A DNA stretch of 64,000 bases, from IMG/VR virus record IMGVR_UViG_3300032373_000002, positions 51,449 through 115,448 of that record; one strand, given 5' to 3'. The position numbers and the translations under genes are program-made. How positions within the stretch are numbered: position 1 is the first letter of the stretch; the number at the start of each line of letters is the position of its first letter. Of this stretch, positions 36,486 through 46,310 are shown in pieces. Origin of the DNA: a virus. The notes under the pieces are model-generated. The model ran no database searches. It was not told the DNA's origin and worked only from the letters and a program-made list of their open reading frames with translations.

Positions 36486-36806
36486 GTGAGCGACTACGAC
36501 CCCAAGAAAGACCCCGTCGAGAAGCTCCTCCACGCTTGGATGCTGTACCGCTCCAACAGGGGTCCTGCCAAGGATTCCTTCCAAGCCTACTTCAATGAGA
36601 GGGCGGAGGAAGATTTTCGGACCTCCTTGGACGAAGGGCTGGAAGCCCTGGCAGAACGCTACCAGGCCCTGCAGAACCTCACTCGCCAGACCATCAACAA
36701 GGCCGAGGACTATCCGGGCTACAGCTTCCGGCGGGACGACGTGGCCTGCGAGATGCTGAGGGAATTGAGCAGGATCCTCCAGATCGGGATGCCCGAGGGT
36801 GAGTAG
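36486..36806 (+). CDS. hypothetical protein
   Basis: AGGAG RBS. Confidence 0.75.
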   Translation: MSDYDPKKDPVEKLLHAWMLYRSNRGPAKDSFQAYFNERAEEDFRTSLDEGLEALAERYQALQNLTRQTINKAEDYPGYSFRRDDVACEMLRELSRILQIGMPEGE

Positions 36807-36913
36807 GCACACCCTCGGAGGCAAGGTTGTTCCAGGTTGCCGAGAAAAGTGCGGCAGAGGTCGAGGCGTGCGGCGCGGCTCTGTGCGCACTGCTGGACCC
36901 CGAGGAGTAGCGA

Positions 36914-37216
36914 ATGACCAAGCGGAAAGGGACCAGCCTCTGCAGCCTCTGGAAAGCCGAAGGCCAACACCGAGAGCAAGCAATCGAACTGGCTGAGGCT
37001 TTGGGCGGACATTACAAGAGGTTGATGGGTGAGGTGCTCCTACACCACGAAGGGTTGAGGAGGCCGAACCAGATTGAAGCCTTGACGCACTCGCGGAGCT
37101 ACCTTGATGAGCGAAAACACCCAGTGGGGTCGCACCCTCTGCCAGATGTGGGAAGCCGGAGGAGAACAACGTACGCAAGCCTTGGAGCTGAGTCGCACAT
37201 TGGGAGGGGAGCTTGA
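36914..37216 (+). CDS. QAxEL family protein
   Basis: GAGGAG RBS; paralogous motif. Confidence 0.65.
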   Translation: MTKRKGTSLCSLWKAEGQHREQAIELAEALGGHYKRLMGEVLLHHEGLRRPNQIEALTHSRSYLDERKHPVGSHPLPDVGSRRRTTYASLGAESHIGRGA

Positions 37217-37394
37217 GCTGGTAATGGCGCGGGTTCAACGACACCAAGAAGATTGCGAGGAGGCGATGGCCAGGTCCTTAGCGTATGCCGATAAAAGTCT
37301 GCATTCCTTGAGGAACCGGGCATCCTTAGAAGCCGAAACGGCTTGGGACCTCCGCCAGGAAGCGCTCAACGACCTCCTCAACGTACCAAGATGA
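37104..37394 (+). CDS. QAxEL family protein
   Basis: WGRTLCQMW...QALEL. Confidence 0.7.
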   Translation: MMSENTQWGRTLCQMWEAGGEQRTQALELSRTLGGELELVMARVQRHQEDCEEAMARSLAYADKSLHSLRNRASLEAETAWDLRQEALNDLLNVPR

Positions 37395-37684
37395 CTGAGC
37401 ACCGCCAGCGCTGGGGCCTAACGATCTCCAATCTGTGGAACACGCGGAAGGAGGGCCAGCGCGCCCAAGCGAAGGAGCTTGCGGAGAGCCTGGGGGGCGA
37501 GCATCAACGCCTGATGCGGATAGTCGCCTTCAACCACGAGAGACACAAGCAGCTGGCCTTGGACGCTCTCGAAGAGAACAAGCAAGGCCAGCTGGGACTT
37601 GTGCCCGAGCTCCTCCGGAAGCGCGAAGAACACTGGCGCGCTTACCACAGAGCCCTGAGAGACCTAAAGACGCTGCCGGACTAA
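37391..37684 (+). CDS. QAxEL family protein
   Basis: ATGA coupling; WGLTISNLW...QAKEL. Confidence 0.7.
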   Translation: MTEHRQRWGLTISNLWNTRKEGQRAQAKELAESLGGEHQRLMRIVAFNHERHKQLALDALEENKQGQLGLVPELLRKREEHWRAYHRALRDLKTLPD

Positions 37685-38118
37685 CGACCCTTGGTGGCCC
37701 TGTAGGACCGGGCCGTGTCGCTGAACCGTGACGCCCCCTCCAGCCAACCACGGGTCCAGTGGAACTCGTCTTCCATGATCTGGGTGTAGTCGTCAGTGGA
37801 GAGCTCGACGACCTTGCTCTGGTCTCGCTCGAACATCCGGATCATCACGTCGTAAGCCTTGGCCTGGCAAGTGGGCTTGGTGGTGTTGATGCGAACATCC
37901 AGGTTGCCGTAGTCCGCTGCGGAGGCTTCGGCGCGGGTCTTCTTGGCTCGACGCACGAGGCGATGGTGCTCCTTGAGCGTCTTCTCGAGGTCCACCAAGT
38001 AGCCGTCCAGGGCTTCCTGGTACATCTGGAGGTGTTTGATGCGGTTCGCCTTGAGGGTGGCGAGGATGTCTTCTTTGGTCACCTTAACGGTGAGGTTCAA
38101 GCCGCCGATCATGTTCAT
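37681..38118 (-). CDS. conserved phage hypothetical protein
   Basis: AAGGAG RBS. Confidence 0.8.
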   Translation of the reverse strand: MNMIGGLNLTVKVTKEDILATLKANRIKHLQMYQEALDGYLVDLEKTLKEHHRLVRRAKKTRAEASAADYGNLDVRINTTKPTCQAKAYDVMIRMFERDQSKVVELSTDDYTQIMEDEFHWTRGWLEGASRFSDTARSYRATKGR

Positions 38119-38128
38119 GGGTTCTCCT

Positions 38129-38311
38129 TCAGGAGCCGTAGCCGTCCTTGGCCCAGCCGCCCCCCTTCAGCACGAAGGAAGTCTGTGAGATTACCCGAGT
38201 TGCCTCACCCTTGCAAGCCTCGCACTTCACCGGATCATCGGCTTTTTCGTACTTCCTCAGCTTCTCCGTCAGGGACTGGCAGCCCTTACACTTGTACTCG
38301 TAGATCGGCAT
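38129..38311 (-). CDS. FmdB-family zinc ribbon protein
   Basis: MPIYEYKCKGC...CEAC...FVLKGGGWAKDGY. Confidence 0.9.
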   Translation of the reverse strand: MPIYEYKCKGCQSLTEKLRKYEKADDPVKCEACKGEATRVISQTSFVLKGGGWAKDGYGS

Positions 38312-38359
38312 CGCACCCTCCCGTAATTCAAACCTCACTGTACCCGAAGGGGACTGCGT

Positions 38360-38770
38360 ATGGAAGGCTTCAAGTCGCCCCGCTGGACGCTCATTGAGGA
38401 CGTCCGGTTGGCAAGGCTGTTGAATCAGGGGAAGTCAAACCAAGACATCCACGCCATACTATTCGAGAACACCGACCGCAACCGCCGAAGCATACAGCGG
38501 CGATCCCGCAGGCACTGCAAGGCCAAGAAGTGCTTGAGGTGCGGTGCCCGCCTGAGAGGGCCAGCCCCCCAGAAGGGCTACAGGGGAACCTACAGCCGGA
38601 GGGGAGGCGTATGCAAGGCTTGTATGGGTCCTCGCTTCGAAGCTGCCCTGGTGACCGAGAAGGCAAGGGAACGGAAGCGTCACTGGGATGAAGACCAAGA
38701 GAGCTTCCTCCAGTTCTACAAAACCCAGAGAAGAAAGCGGCTGAGGAGGCTGCTGGAGCCTCAGAGGTAG
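38360..38770 (+). CDS. hypothetical protein (Myb-like start, Zn finger)
   Basis: WTLIED...; CLRC...CKAC. Confidence 0.65.
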   Translation: MEGFKSPRWTLIEDVRLARLLNQGKSNQDIHAILFENTDRNRRSIQRRSRRHCKAKKCLRCGARLRGPAPQKGYRGTYSRRGGVCKACMGPRFEAALVTEKARERKRHWDEDQESFLQFYKTQRRKRLRRLLEPQR

Positions 38771-38813
38771 GAAACCTATACGACCCCTGAAGGGGTAACC
38801 GTGAGGTCCCAGA

Positions 38814-39569
38814 ATGCCCTTCGCCTCCCCCGCATCCGCCCTGAAGCCTCTGGTAGGTGCCTGGGTAACCGTCGACTGGTCTTCGGGGTCGATCTTGACC
38901 TATGACTCAGGCAGCCTGGACAACGGGAGTGCTCTCCAGCCCAGCGGAGCGCTCCGGCTGAGCCACACCGGAGGCCCCAGCCAGCTCACTACAGGAGACG
39001 CCGATCCTCGAACGGGGATCGGGTGGTTCCTGCCGGTGACGCTCCCCAAGGACATCGACTTCCGTCGCTACGAGTTCTGGATGCGCGGGTTCATCAACAT
39101 GCCCAACGGAACCTACGGCACGGGGGCGACCGCTTCTTTGGTCATGAAAGCCTCGAACACCCCCGAGTTCGATGCCGGGTTCGTGTACTCCGCAGCGGCT
39201 CGCCGCCAAGAAGCCGGCGACACCATCGAAAACATCACACTGGCCGAAGACAACGCTGCGGACCCGGTGGCAGGTAGCGGGGACGACCCCTACATCAGCT
39301 TCAACATCAGCGAGGGCGGCACCGCCACCCCCACAAGACCGACAAGCTCTGCCCAGTACTTCAGTCCGAACAACTTCCTGCTCAGCGACCAGATCAACGG
39401 GAGTCGCCAAGTCGGAACCAAGACCACCGACCGCTGGGACCTGACCAGCACCCGGATCTATTGGGTGGGGTGCTGGCTCAGCACCAACAACGCTGCCATC
39501 TCAGCGTTCACCGTAGACTTCGAGCAGGTTCAGTACCGCTTCATCGACCGCTTCCCGGAAGACCCCTGA
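38814..39569 (+). CDS. putative virion/beta-rich protein
   Basis: S/T/G-rich; upstream CCTATA. Confidence 0.65.
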   Translation: MPFASPASALKPLVGAWVTVDWSSGSILTYDSGSLDNGSALQPSGALRLSHTGGPSQLTTGDADPRTGIGWFLPVTLPKDIDFRRYEFWMRGFINMPNGTYGTGATASLVMKASNTPEFDAGFVYSAAARRQEAGDTIENITLAEDNAADPVAGSGDDPYISFNISEGGTATPTRPTSSAQYFSPNNFLLSDQINGSRQVGTKTTDRWDLTSTRIYWVGCWLSTNNAAISAFTVDFEQVQYRFIDRFPEDP

Positions 39570-39579
39570 GCCCTGAGCC

Positions 39580-39993
39580 CTACCCGAGCTCTTCTTCCAG
39601 CTTGTGCATGACCTCATCGCCAAGGAACTGGCTCCACTCGTGGTCGTTGAAGTTGACGTCGCCCAGCCCTCGGGGCTTCTTGACCTTTTCAACGATGGCA
39701 TACTTGGCTGGGACATCTCGCGGGGGTCCTGCCATGAACACGAGGCGGGCCGGGGCGATGTTGTCTTCGGGGCTGCTGCGCCCCGGAACGAAGTAGATGC
39801 CGTAGCGGTTGCCACCGGCATTGATCTCAATGCCCTTGAAGTCCACCTTGACGCGGGCCGGGAGTCCCAGGTCACGGCGCAAGAACATCCGGATCTCGTC
39901 TGCAGCGAGATTCAGGCGCTCCATTTCCCGCTTGTACGTGACTTCATCGCGGGTCAGGCCCTCTTGCTCCAAGATCTTGGACAGCTTGTTCAT
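39580..39993 (-). CDS. hypothetical protein with shared leader (MNKLSKILEQEGL)
   Basis: AGGAGG RBS. Confidence 0.8.
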   Translation of the reverse strand: MNKLSKILEQEGLTRDEVTYKREMERLNLAADEIRMFLRRDLGLPARVKVDFKGIEINAGGNRYGIYFVPGRSSPEDNIAPARLVFMAGPPRDVPAKYAIVEKVKKPRGLGDVNFNDHEWSQFLGDEVMHKLEEELG

Positions 39994-40083
39994 GAGGAGT
40001 CCTCCTTGCCCCGCCGTTGCCATAAGCAAAACACTCAGAAAACTTATGGCGTCCTGACCGTAATACGGTATTACGAATAGCGT

Positions 40084-40395
40084 ATGCCGAAGAAGATGCT
40101 GAGCTTCCGCGTCCCACCTGAGATGCTGGAGGCGATCAACCAACGCTGCGCCGAAGAGGTCGAAGCCGGAAGGTTCAAGAACCGAAACCAGGTCTTGGAG
40201 ACGGTCATGGGGGAGTGGCTGGGCAACCGCTATATCCCCATGCCCGACGCCTTCCCCGCTGAGGTTCAAGGACAGGACCTCCGAAGTGCCTTCGTTGACT
40301 TCATCGCCGCAGCGCACAACATGCTGGAAGGGGAGCCGGGATCGACCCAGAACCCGTTCCTCATCTGCCCGCCAAGCTCCAAGGAGAAACCATGA
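40084..40395 (+). CDS. ribbon-helix-helix (CopG-like) regulator
   Basis: KKMLSFRVPPEMLEAI...NRNQVL. Confidence 0.75.
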   Translation: MPKKMLSFRVPPEMLEAINQRCAEEVEAGRFKNRNQVLETVMGEWLGNRYIPMPDAFPAEVQGQDLRSAFVDFIAAAHNMLEGEPGSTQNPFLICPPSSKEKP

Positions 40396-41186
40396 AGCTC
40401 GAGATCCTGATGGGAGGGGAACCCCTCCGCCAAATCCAGCACGAGGGCAGGACGTTCGTCCTCGTCCCCGAAGCAGGCCCCTACGCCATCCGCATCACGG
40501 GTGAGATGCAGGCTGCGCGGATCTACTCTGCAGTCAAGGCGGCAACCCGTGCCAAGGCCGTCATCACGGTGGACGGTCGGAACATCATCGACGGGGAGCC
40601 GGGGGCATACGACGGCTACGGCTACATGGTCGAGGGCACCCAGAGCTATACCATAGAAGGGTGGAGAGGTGACACAGGGAAGGGCAACCGCTTCTCCTTC
40701 GGGGAAGAGGAACTGGGATACAACGCCCGCATGGGCCAGTCGACATCCAATGACGGGGTGATCGGCGTGGCGGTCATGAGAGAGAAGCGGGTCCGGATCC
40801 AGCAGCCCGCCCCGAGGTACAATTTCATCAGTGAGGGTCCGCACGGCAACCCCATCCGCGCCCAGGGAACGCTGGCATCCGCGCCCACCGCCGCCTCCCT
40901 CGGAGAAGAGCCGCTGGCCCAGAAGGCCAGCGGGAGGTTGACCCGTTCCCGGAAGTCCCTCAAGAAGATGAGCACCGGTTTCGGAGAAGAGGTCGAGATG
41001 CACACGCGAGAGGTCACCGGCTACAAGTTCGAGCAGAAGCCTGCGCAGGTCCTCCAGGTCACCTACGGCAGCCGGGAACAGCTGGAAGAGTGGGGTGTTC
41101 CCGTTCCTCCCCCGCTGCCCGACTTCGACGCCTTCCCCGGCTCCAAGTCTGTGCGGGTCCCGGCCCCACCCCCGTTGAGGAAGTGA
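40392..41186 (+). CDS. conserved hypothetical protein
   Basis: AAGGAG RBS; TVDGRNIIDG, GVIGVAV and STGFG motifs. Confidence 0.8.
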   Translation: MKLEILMGGEPLRQIQHEGRTFVLVPEAGPYAIRITGEMQAARIYSAVKAATRAKAVITVDGRNIIDGEPGAYDGYGYMVEGTQSYTIEGWRGDTGKGNRFSFGEEELGYNARMGQSTSNDGVIGVAVMREKRVRIQQPAPRYNFISEGPHGNPIRAQGTLASAPTAASLGEEPLAQKASGRLTRSRKSLKKMSTGFGEEVEMHTREVTGYKFEQKPAQVLQVTYGSREQLEEWGVPVPPPLPDFDAFPGSKSVRVPAPPPLRK

Positions 41187-41188
41187 GG

Positions 41189-41449
41189 ATGGGGGAAAAG
41201 ATCGTCGAGATCCCCTGCGACCCTGGCACCGAGGACTACGGGCGAGGCTTCGAGCGGGCACTGAGGCAGCTGGAGGAGGCAAGGAAGCTGACCGGGCCGC
41301 TCAAGCCTGCGCTTCCCCCGTCCCAGAAGCTCAAGGACTTCGTGGGGGGCGGGTGCTCCTGCTTCAACATCGACTGGGGCAACGCAACGGTCGTCGGGTA
41401 CGTCTGCCCCAACCCCAACTGCCCAAGCCGAATCCGTTGTAGCTGGTGA
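41189..41449 (+). CDS. small Cys-rich protein
   Basis: GAGG RBS. Confidence 0.6.
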   Translation: MGEKIVEIPCDPGTEDYGRGFERALRQLEEARKLTGPLKPALPPSQKLKDFVGGGCSCFNIDWGNATVVGYVCPNPNCPSRIRCSW

Positions 41450-41488
41450 CTGGGGATCCAGTAAGCCTTCTCCGAAGGGGGCTTACGC

Positions 41489-42106
41489 ATGCACGGAAGC
41501 GCAACCAGCTACAGCATCGCAGCCCCAGGCGGGGAGATCCTCTTCCGCGAGATGTCCCGCTTGAAGGTGTCCAGTCCCGTGCTGGGTCTTCACTATTTGG
41601 TGAGCCTGGAAGACCAAGAAGGTCACGGGGCGCGGGTTCTCGTCCGTCAGCCGACCTACCCTGACGGAGACTGGGTCTCCAAGGGGGCGGCGGAGATGTT
41701 GCGTGAACTACTGGGCAAGCACGAGCTGCCCATAGCAGAGGCTTGCCGATACTTGGAGGTCGACCTTCTGGGGTTTCAATGCAGGCATCAGATGCTTGCG
41801 GCGGAAGACAAGAAGAAGGTGGCGCGGGAGCTCCTGGATGGGTACGACATCCTCCAGCGAGTGTCTTGGCGGTTTTATGGGGACCGGCTGACTCACCTGG
41901 CCCCCGTAAGGACGTCCGCCGAATGGTCTACTGTGGTTGAGGCCTGCGTCAGCCCCTGCGTGCAGGTCTACCTCAAGCTGCCCGAGGGCTTGCCCTTCCG
42001 GCTGGCCTTGAACCGTGCAGGGCACTTGTCGATCCAAGGCTCAGTGCTGGGGTTCATCCGCTGGGCAGACCGTAACAAGGTCTGTATCCAAGACCAGGAA
42101 AGGTAA
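41489..42106 (+). CDS. hypothetical protein
   Basis: ORF. Confidence 0.7.
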   Translation: MHGSATSYSIAAPGGEILFREMSRLKVSSPVLGLHYLVSLEDQEGHGARVLVRQPTYPDGDWVSKGAAEMLRELLGKHELPIAEACRYLEVDLLGFQCRHQMLAAEDKKKVARELLDGYDILQRVSWRFYGDRLTHLAPVRTSAEWSTVVEACVSPCVQVYLKLPEGLPFRLALNRAGHLSIQGSVLGFIRWADRNKVCIQDQER

Positions 42107-42808
42107 ATGAGCATCCCCATTCGAGACAGCCTGATAGCACTCATGCGGAAGCACTGGGCGACCTGGGTCGAGAAAGCATTCGACGGGAACTACACCTTCC
42201 TGGTCCACCCCATCAGCCGAGAGGGGATCGCCTTCGGCTTCGACGAGGACACGGACGAGGACGAGTTCTTGCGGCAAGCCGAGATGCTGCTGGACACCGA
42301 AGGCACCCGCGCCCTCCCTCAAGGGGAGGTGCTCTGGAAAATCGCCCGCCAAGCTGCCCAGCACGAATACATCCTGACCAAGGGTGAGATCGAGCTCGCC
42401 GCCTTCACGGCCGAGTGCGAAGACCACACCGAAGAGATCAAAGTGCCGGAGGTCCTCGCCTTGGCCGAGTGGGTCCGAGACCCCAGCCGTCCAGGCCACT
42501 TCCACTTCATCCCGCGAGAGGCAGACCGAGGGATGCTGCAGAAGCTGGTACAGCTCTGCCCGCCACTGCCCCGCGTGATCGGAGACTACATCAAGGCATT
42601 CGGGTCTTGCACCTCCGACGGCCGGGACCTCCCGGTGCTGATGTTCCGCAGCCAGATCGAGGCCACCCAGTTCTTCCGCCGGTTGAACCTGACAGCGGAC
42701 GTGAGCCCCGAATACCAAGCGCGGTTGCTGGAGGTCGAGATCGAGTACGCCGAGCAAAGCCTGGCCGAGAAGAAAAGGAAGCTGGCTGCCCTTCGGGGGG
42801 AGGCATGA
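42107..42808 (+). CDS. hypothetical protein
   Basis: Abutting ORF. Confidence 0.8.
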   Translation: MSIPIRDSLIALMRKHWATWVEKAFDGNYTFLVHPISREGIAFGFDEDTDEDEFLRQAEMLLDTEGTRALPQGEVLWKIARQAAQHEYILTKGEIELAAFTAECEDHTEEIKVPEVLALAEWVRDPSRPGHFHFIPREADRGMLQKLVQLCPPLPRVIGDYIKAFGSCTSDGRDLPVLMFRSQIEATQFFRRLNLTADVSPEYQARLLEVEIEYAEQSLAEKKRKLAALRGEA

Positions 42809-43452
42809 CGCTCCGCTTCTTCGACTGGTTCTTGGGGCTGTTCGGATACCACCGCATGGAAAAACCTGCGGCGTTGCCGATGCCCGTGACCCAGATCCCC
42901 GAGACCGCCGTCCTCTTCATTCCCGAAGAGCCCAGCCCGGAAGAGGTGGCGGACCTCATCCATGCCGTCGCCCAAGACCACGAGATGCTGGAGTGGTACG
43001 ACACGGAGGGGTGGCACCTGCTGAAGAACCCTCACCGCTTCGACCTGGACCGGGACCGGAAGCTCCCGATCATCGAGACCGAAGATGGGAAGCAATGGGA
43101 AGCCGTGCCGCGTTGGCGGGAGACCGACTGGGTCTACCTCGAAGCGGGGGGTGATGCCCCGGCACGTCCCCGCCCCCAACTGAAAGCAGACGCGACGCCC
43201 CGTGCTGTAGAGATGCGGTGTTGGAGACCAGGGGGGAGCCAGCTCACCCCTGCGTTCCTCAGCCGGTCGGTGTTCATCGCAACCTACGGGTTCGACCCGA
43301 TGGGGCGCTACCACGAACGGGTCCGCAAGCAGCGCGCAGGACTCGAAGCGAAGCGCTTCTACCAAGAGGTCCTGGAGAGCGGGGACATCAAGCGCATGAA
43401 AGCCCACGCGCGAAAACTGGAAATGAAACTTCGAAGCCTTCGGCGTCAATGA
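42805..43452 (+). CDS. hypothetical protein
   Basis: GGAGG RBS, ATGA coupling. Confidence 0.8.
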   Translation: MTLRFFDWFLGLFGYHRMEKPAALPMPVTQIPETAVLFIPEEPSPEEVADLIHAVAQDHEMLEWYDTEGWHLLKNPHRFDLDRDRKLPIIETEDGKQWEAVPRWRETDWVYLEAGGDAPARPRPQLKADATPRAVEMRCWRPGGSQLTPAFLSRSVFIATYGFDPMGRYHERVRKQRAGLEAKRFYQEVLESGDIKRMKAHARKLEMKLRSLRRQ

Positions 43453-43595
43453 TGAGGGGCATCCACTCCAAGAAACGGTGACTGGTTGATCGTGATGTTG
43501 TTTTCGGTGCGGGCCAAGAGGCTGGGCAGGAGAGTTTCCTCATGAGTCTCTACCGAAGTCGGCACGGTAAACGGAACGGGACAGAAGGAGACACC

Positions 43596-44312
43596 ATGGA
43601 AGACAACATCGACAGGCAGGTAGAAGACCTGTTCCTCCGCTACGGCATCGAAAACACCGAGGTGACCCCCATCCGCGGAGGGCCGACCCTGTTCGAGTTC
43701 TGGAACAAGGGCTACCGCTGCTTCTTCGTGGCGGGAGACTTCGAGGGCGACGAGGTCCTCCACCGAGCATCGATCTTGGCGGGCGGTCTCCCCAAGGATT
43801 TCCCCTTCCGGGAAGACAACTACGCTGCCGTGGTCGCCCAGGAGAAGCTCCGATGGCAGAAGTGGCAGCACATCCGGGAGCGGGATGCCCTGAGCTGCGA
43901 AGTAGGACTCGTCGGGACCCGGATGGGACTCAAGAACGTCATCGCCGAAACCGACTGGATGGAGATGCCCAAGAAGTACTCCGGGCTCAACTACATCCCC
44001 ACGCCCGAGTACCGGGAGAAGTGGCGGGCGATGCGGACGGTGTGGCCCAACAAAGAAGGAGACTTCTGGATCCCCAGCGGCAGCTACATCGCCCTCCACG
44101 GGGTGCGGCTGTGCGTCGAGTCAGGCTACGGGGTGCGGCTGAGGGTCCGACGTCCGGAAGATGCCGTGAACATGTTCGCCGACTTGAGGGCCACCTACAG
44201 CTACAACGACCCGAAGGGTGAGCGGAAGCGCAACCTTCGCACGGAACTCCAGAGACTGAGGGAGCAGGTAGAGGTGAGGGAGCGCGAGCTGCGCTCCCTG
44301 GAGGGCAAGTAG
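43596..44312 (+). CDS. hypothetical protein
   Basis: AAGGAG RBS. Confidence 0.8.
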   Translation: MEDNIDRQVEDLFLRYGIENTEVTPIRGGPTLFEFWNKGYRCFFVAGDFEGDEVLHRASILAGGLPKDFPFREDNYAAVVAQEKLRWQKWQHIRERDALSCEVGLVGTRMGLKNVIAETDWMEMPKKYSGLNYIPTPEYREKWRAMRTVWPNKEGDFWIPSGSYIALHGVRLCVESGYGVRLRVRRPEDAVNMFADLRATYSYNDPKGERKRNLRTELQRLREQVEVRERELRSLEGK

Positions 44313-44446
44313 AATGACGCTGAGTCAGACCGTGATGATCGCAGTCCTGTTCCTGTTCACCGTCGGGTTCGCGCGGGAGCTGCGCGTGTTCACCGTGGAC
44401 CGAATGCCGCTGCCGGACGCGCGGGGCCGGTTCCTGGCCACCTTCT

Positions 44447-44689
44447 ATGGGGGATGACATCGAAGAGAAACTGTTCCAGGTCCAGCAGGCCCTGGATCCA
44501 GTCCTCCCAAAGATGAAATACACCAATCGCACTCTCCGGGTCCAGATCCTGGAGGAAGACGGTCGGTGGTCCTTGAAGGTGGGCAACCTGACCGGCCACC
44601 AAGAGGATGACCGGTGGGAACACGAGTGGGAAGGGGATTCCTTCCGGGAGCTCCTCGACCAGATTGAGAAGTCCGTCCCGGTCGGGTAG
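44447..44689 (+). CDS. hypothetical protein
   Basis: ORF. Confidence 0.65.
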   Translation: MGDDIEEKLFQVQQALDPVLPKMKYTNRTLRVQILEEDGRWSLKVGNLTGHQEDDRWEHEWEGDSFRELLDQIEKSVPVG

Positions 44690-44692
44690 CCG

Positions 44693-45037
44693 CTACTCCT
44701 TGTAGGGGTCGGCGAACCTCAAGGTCTGGAGCCAGGTCAAGGCCGTCCGCGGAGACCGCTCCCCACGGGTCTGGACAGTGACCGTGATGTTGTTGCGGTG
44801 AGGGGTGGGGATCGTGACCAGCTCCCCCTCATTGCTCACCACCAGGTGGGAGCCATCTTCGAGGACTGCCAGGGCAACAGGGTCTTCGAAGTAGACCTCG
44901 TTGTTGTTGGCCCAGGCATAGGTTCGAACAGACTCATCACCCAACGGGATGAAGTGTTCGCTGATGACATCGGGGAGCTGGGCCTTGAAGGTGGCCCAGT
45001 TCAGGTAGCGAGGGGTGTCGGCTTCTTCGTTGCTCAT
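44693..45037 (-). CDS. hypothetical protein
   Basis: ORF with coding-like codon usage. Confidence 0.7.
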   Translation of the reverse strand: MSNEEADTPRYLNWATFKAQLPDVISEHFIPLGDESVRTYAWANNNEVYFEDPVALAVLEDGSHLVVSNEGELVTIPTPHRNNITVTVQTRGERSPRTALTWLQTLRFADPYKE

Positions 45038-45068
45038 GAGAGGGCCTTACCTGCGGTAGACTGCCCTC

Positions 45069-45830
45069 ATGAAAACAGAAGCCGTCATGAAAACAGAAGC
45101 CGTCGCCCTTCGGGCATTTCATTGCGGAGAACTGCGCAGCAAGGTCGAAGAGGGAGAACGCATCCTCCTCGAAGAGAAGACCGCCCAGGCCCTGGAAGCA
45201 GCGGGCTTCGTCGAGCTGACTGGGATGCTCGCGTTAGACCGACCCGCCGTTCGAGACCTCACGCCCAAGTCGGTCCGCGTTGGGGACTCCCTCCAAGACA
45301 AGGGGGTGGGCATTCCCACCCACCTACACCCCAACAAGGAACACGTCTGGGAGGATCAGTTCTTGGGCAACGGGGAGAAGACCTGCACACGGTGTGGGGT
45401 GACGATGGGCAACCCCATGAGCATCAACGTGACCAAGAAGAGCCTGACGTACACCTACACGGATGCTTACGGGGTGAAGATCTCTTCGCTGAAGGAGCTG
45501 CCGTGCCCCTTGTTCGTGGGGGACTACGGAGGAGGGATCGCCAACAACACTCACCGAACTCGCGTCTTGCGCAAGGATGTCAATGGGGTCAGTGGTGAGG
45601 TGGAAGCGCTGAGAGAACGGATGCGGCTGCTCGAAGCCCGGAACCTCGCGTTGGAGGAGATTCTCTCCCAGAAGCTGGGCACCGACGCCCCAGGAATCCA
45701 GGTAATCGACATAGATCCGGGGGAGGTAACGACCCCCCACCAAATTCGCGAGGACCTGGACCTTGAAGACCCCACCGAAGATCATCCGGAAGCTCTCGGG
45801 GCAGTTCCCCAAGAGCAACAAGTTCTTTGA
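45069..45830 (+). CDS. hypothetical protein (tandem MKTEAV at N-terminus)
   Basis: ORF; 18-nt tandem duplication at start. Confidence 0.75.
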   Translation: MKTEAVMKTEAVALRAFHCGELRSKVEEGERILLEEKTAQALEAAGFVELTGMLALDRPAVRDLTPKSVRVGDSLQDKGVGIPTHLHPNKEHVWEDQFLGNGEKTCTRCGVTMGNPMSINVTKKSLTYTYTDAYGVKISSLKELPCPLFVGDYGGGIANNTHRTRVLRKDVNGVSGEVEALRERMRLLEARNLALEEILSQKLGTDAPGIQVIDIDPGEVTTPHQIREDLDLEDPTEDHPEALGAVPQEQQVL

Positions 45831-45842
45831 GCAGGGGCGGTC

Positions 45843-46310
45843 GTGAGCAAGGGCTGGCCCCCTGGGGGAGATGAGCAGCATCCCCTGGCACGGCGCTGGA
45901 AGGAAGACTTCCTGCACCGGTACGCTCCGATCTACATCCCCGTGGAGGGGTGGGAGAGCCTCTGTCGGGTAGTGAGGTGGATCTTGGAGAGCCACTCCTC
46001 CTGCCCCGTGTGCGGGGAGCCCGTCGAGCCGGGTGAGCACGTGTATGCCCTGCCGCTGTATCCTCCGGACACCTATCAAGGGGGCTGGACCATCCTCCAT
46101 GTAAGCTGCATGGCACAGGGTGAGGGCGAGAAGCCCTGGGTGCCGGAACCCCCCGAAGCCAAAGACCCCGAACCAGAGAAGGACCCCGAACCAGAGTCCG
46201 TTGCTTTGGTCTCTGGTAAGTTGGTCTCTGGTAAGGACGATCCTGCCGAGATGAGCTGGGATGACTTCGAGGATGAGGATGACCCCTACTGGGATGACCT
46301 CGAACACTGA
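45843..46310 (+). CDS. hypothetical protein (CxxC...HxxC, acidic tail)
   Basis: ORF. Confidence 0.7.
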   Translation: MSKGWPPGGDEQHPLARRWKEDFLHRYAPIYIPVEGWESLCRVVRWILESHSSCPVCGEPVEPGEHVYALPLYPPDTYQGGWTILHVSCMAQGEGEKPWVPEPPEAKDPEPEKDPEPESVALVSGKLVSGKDDPAEMSWDDFEDEDDPYWDDLEH

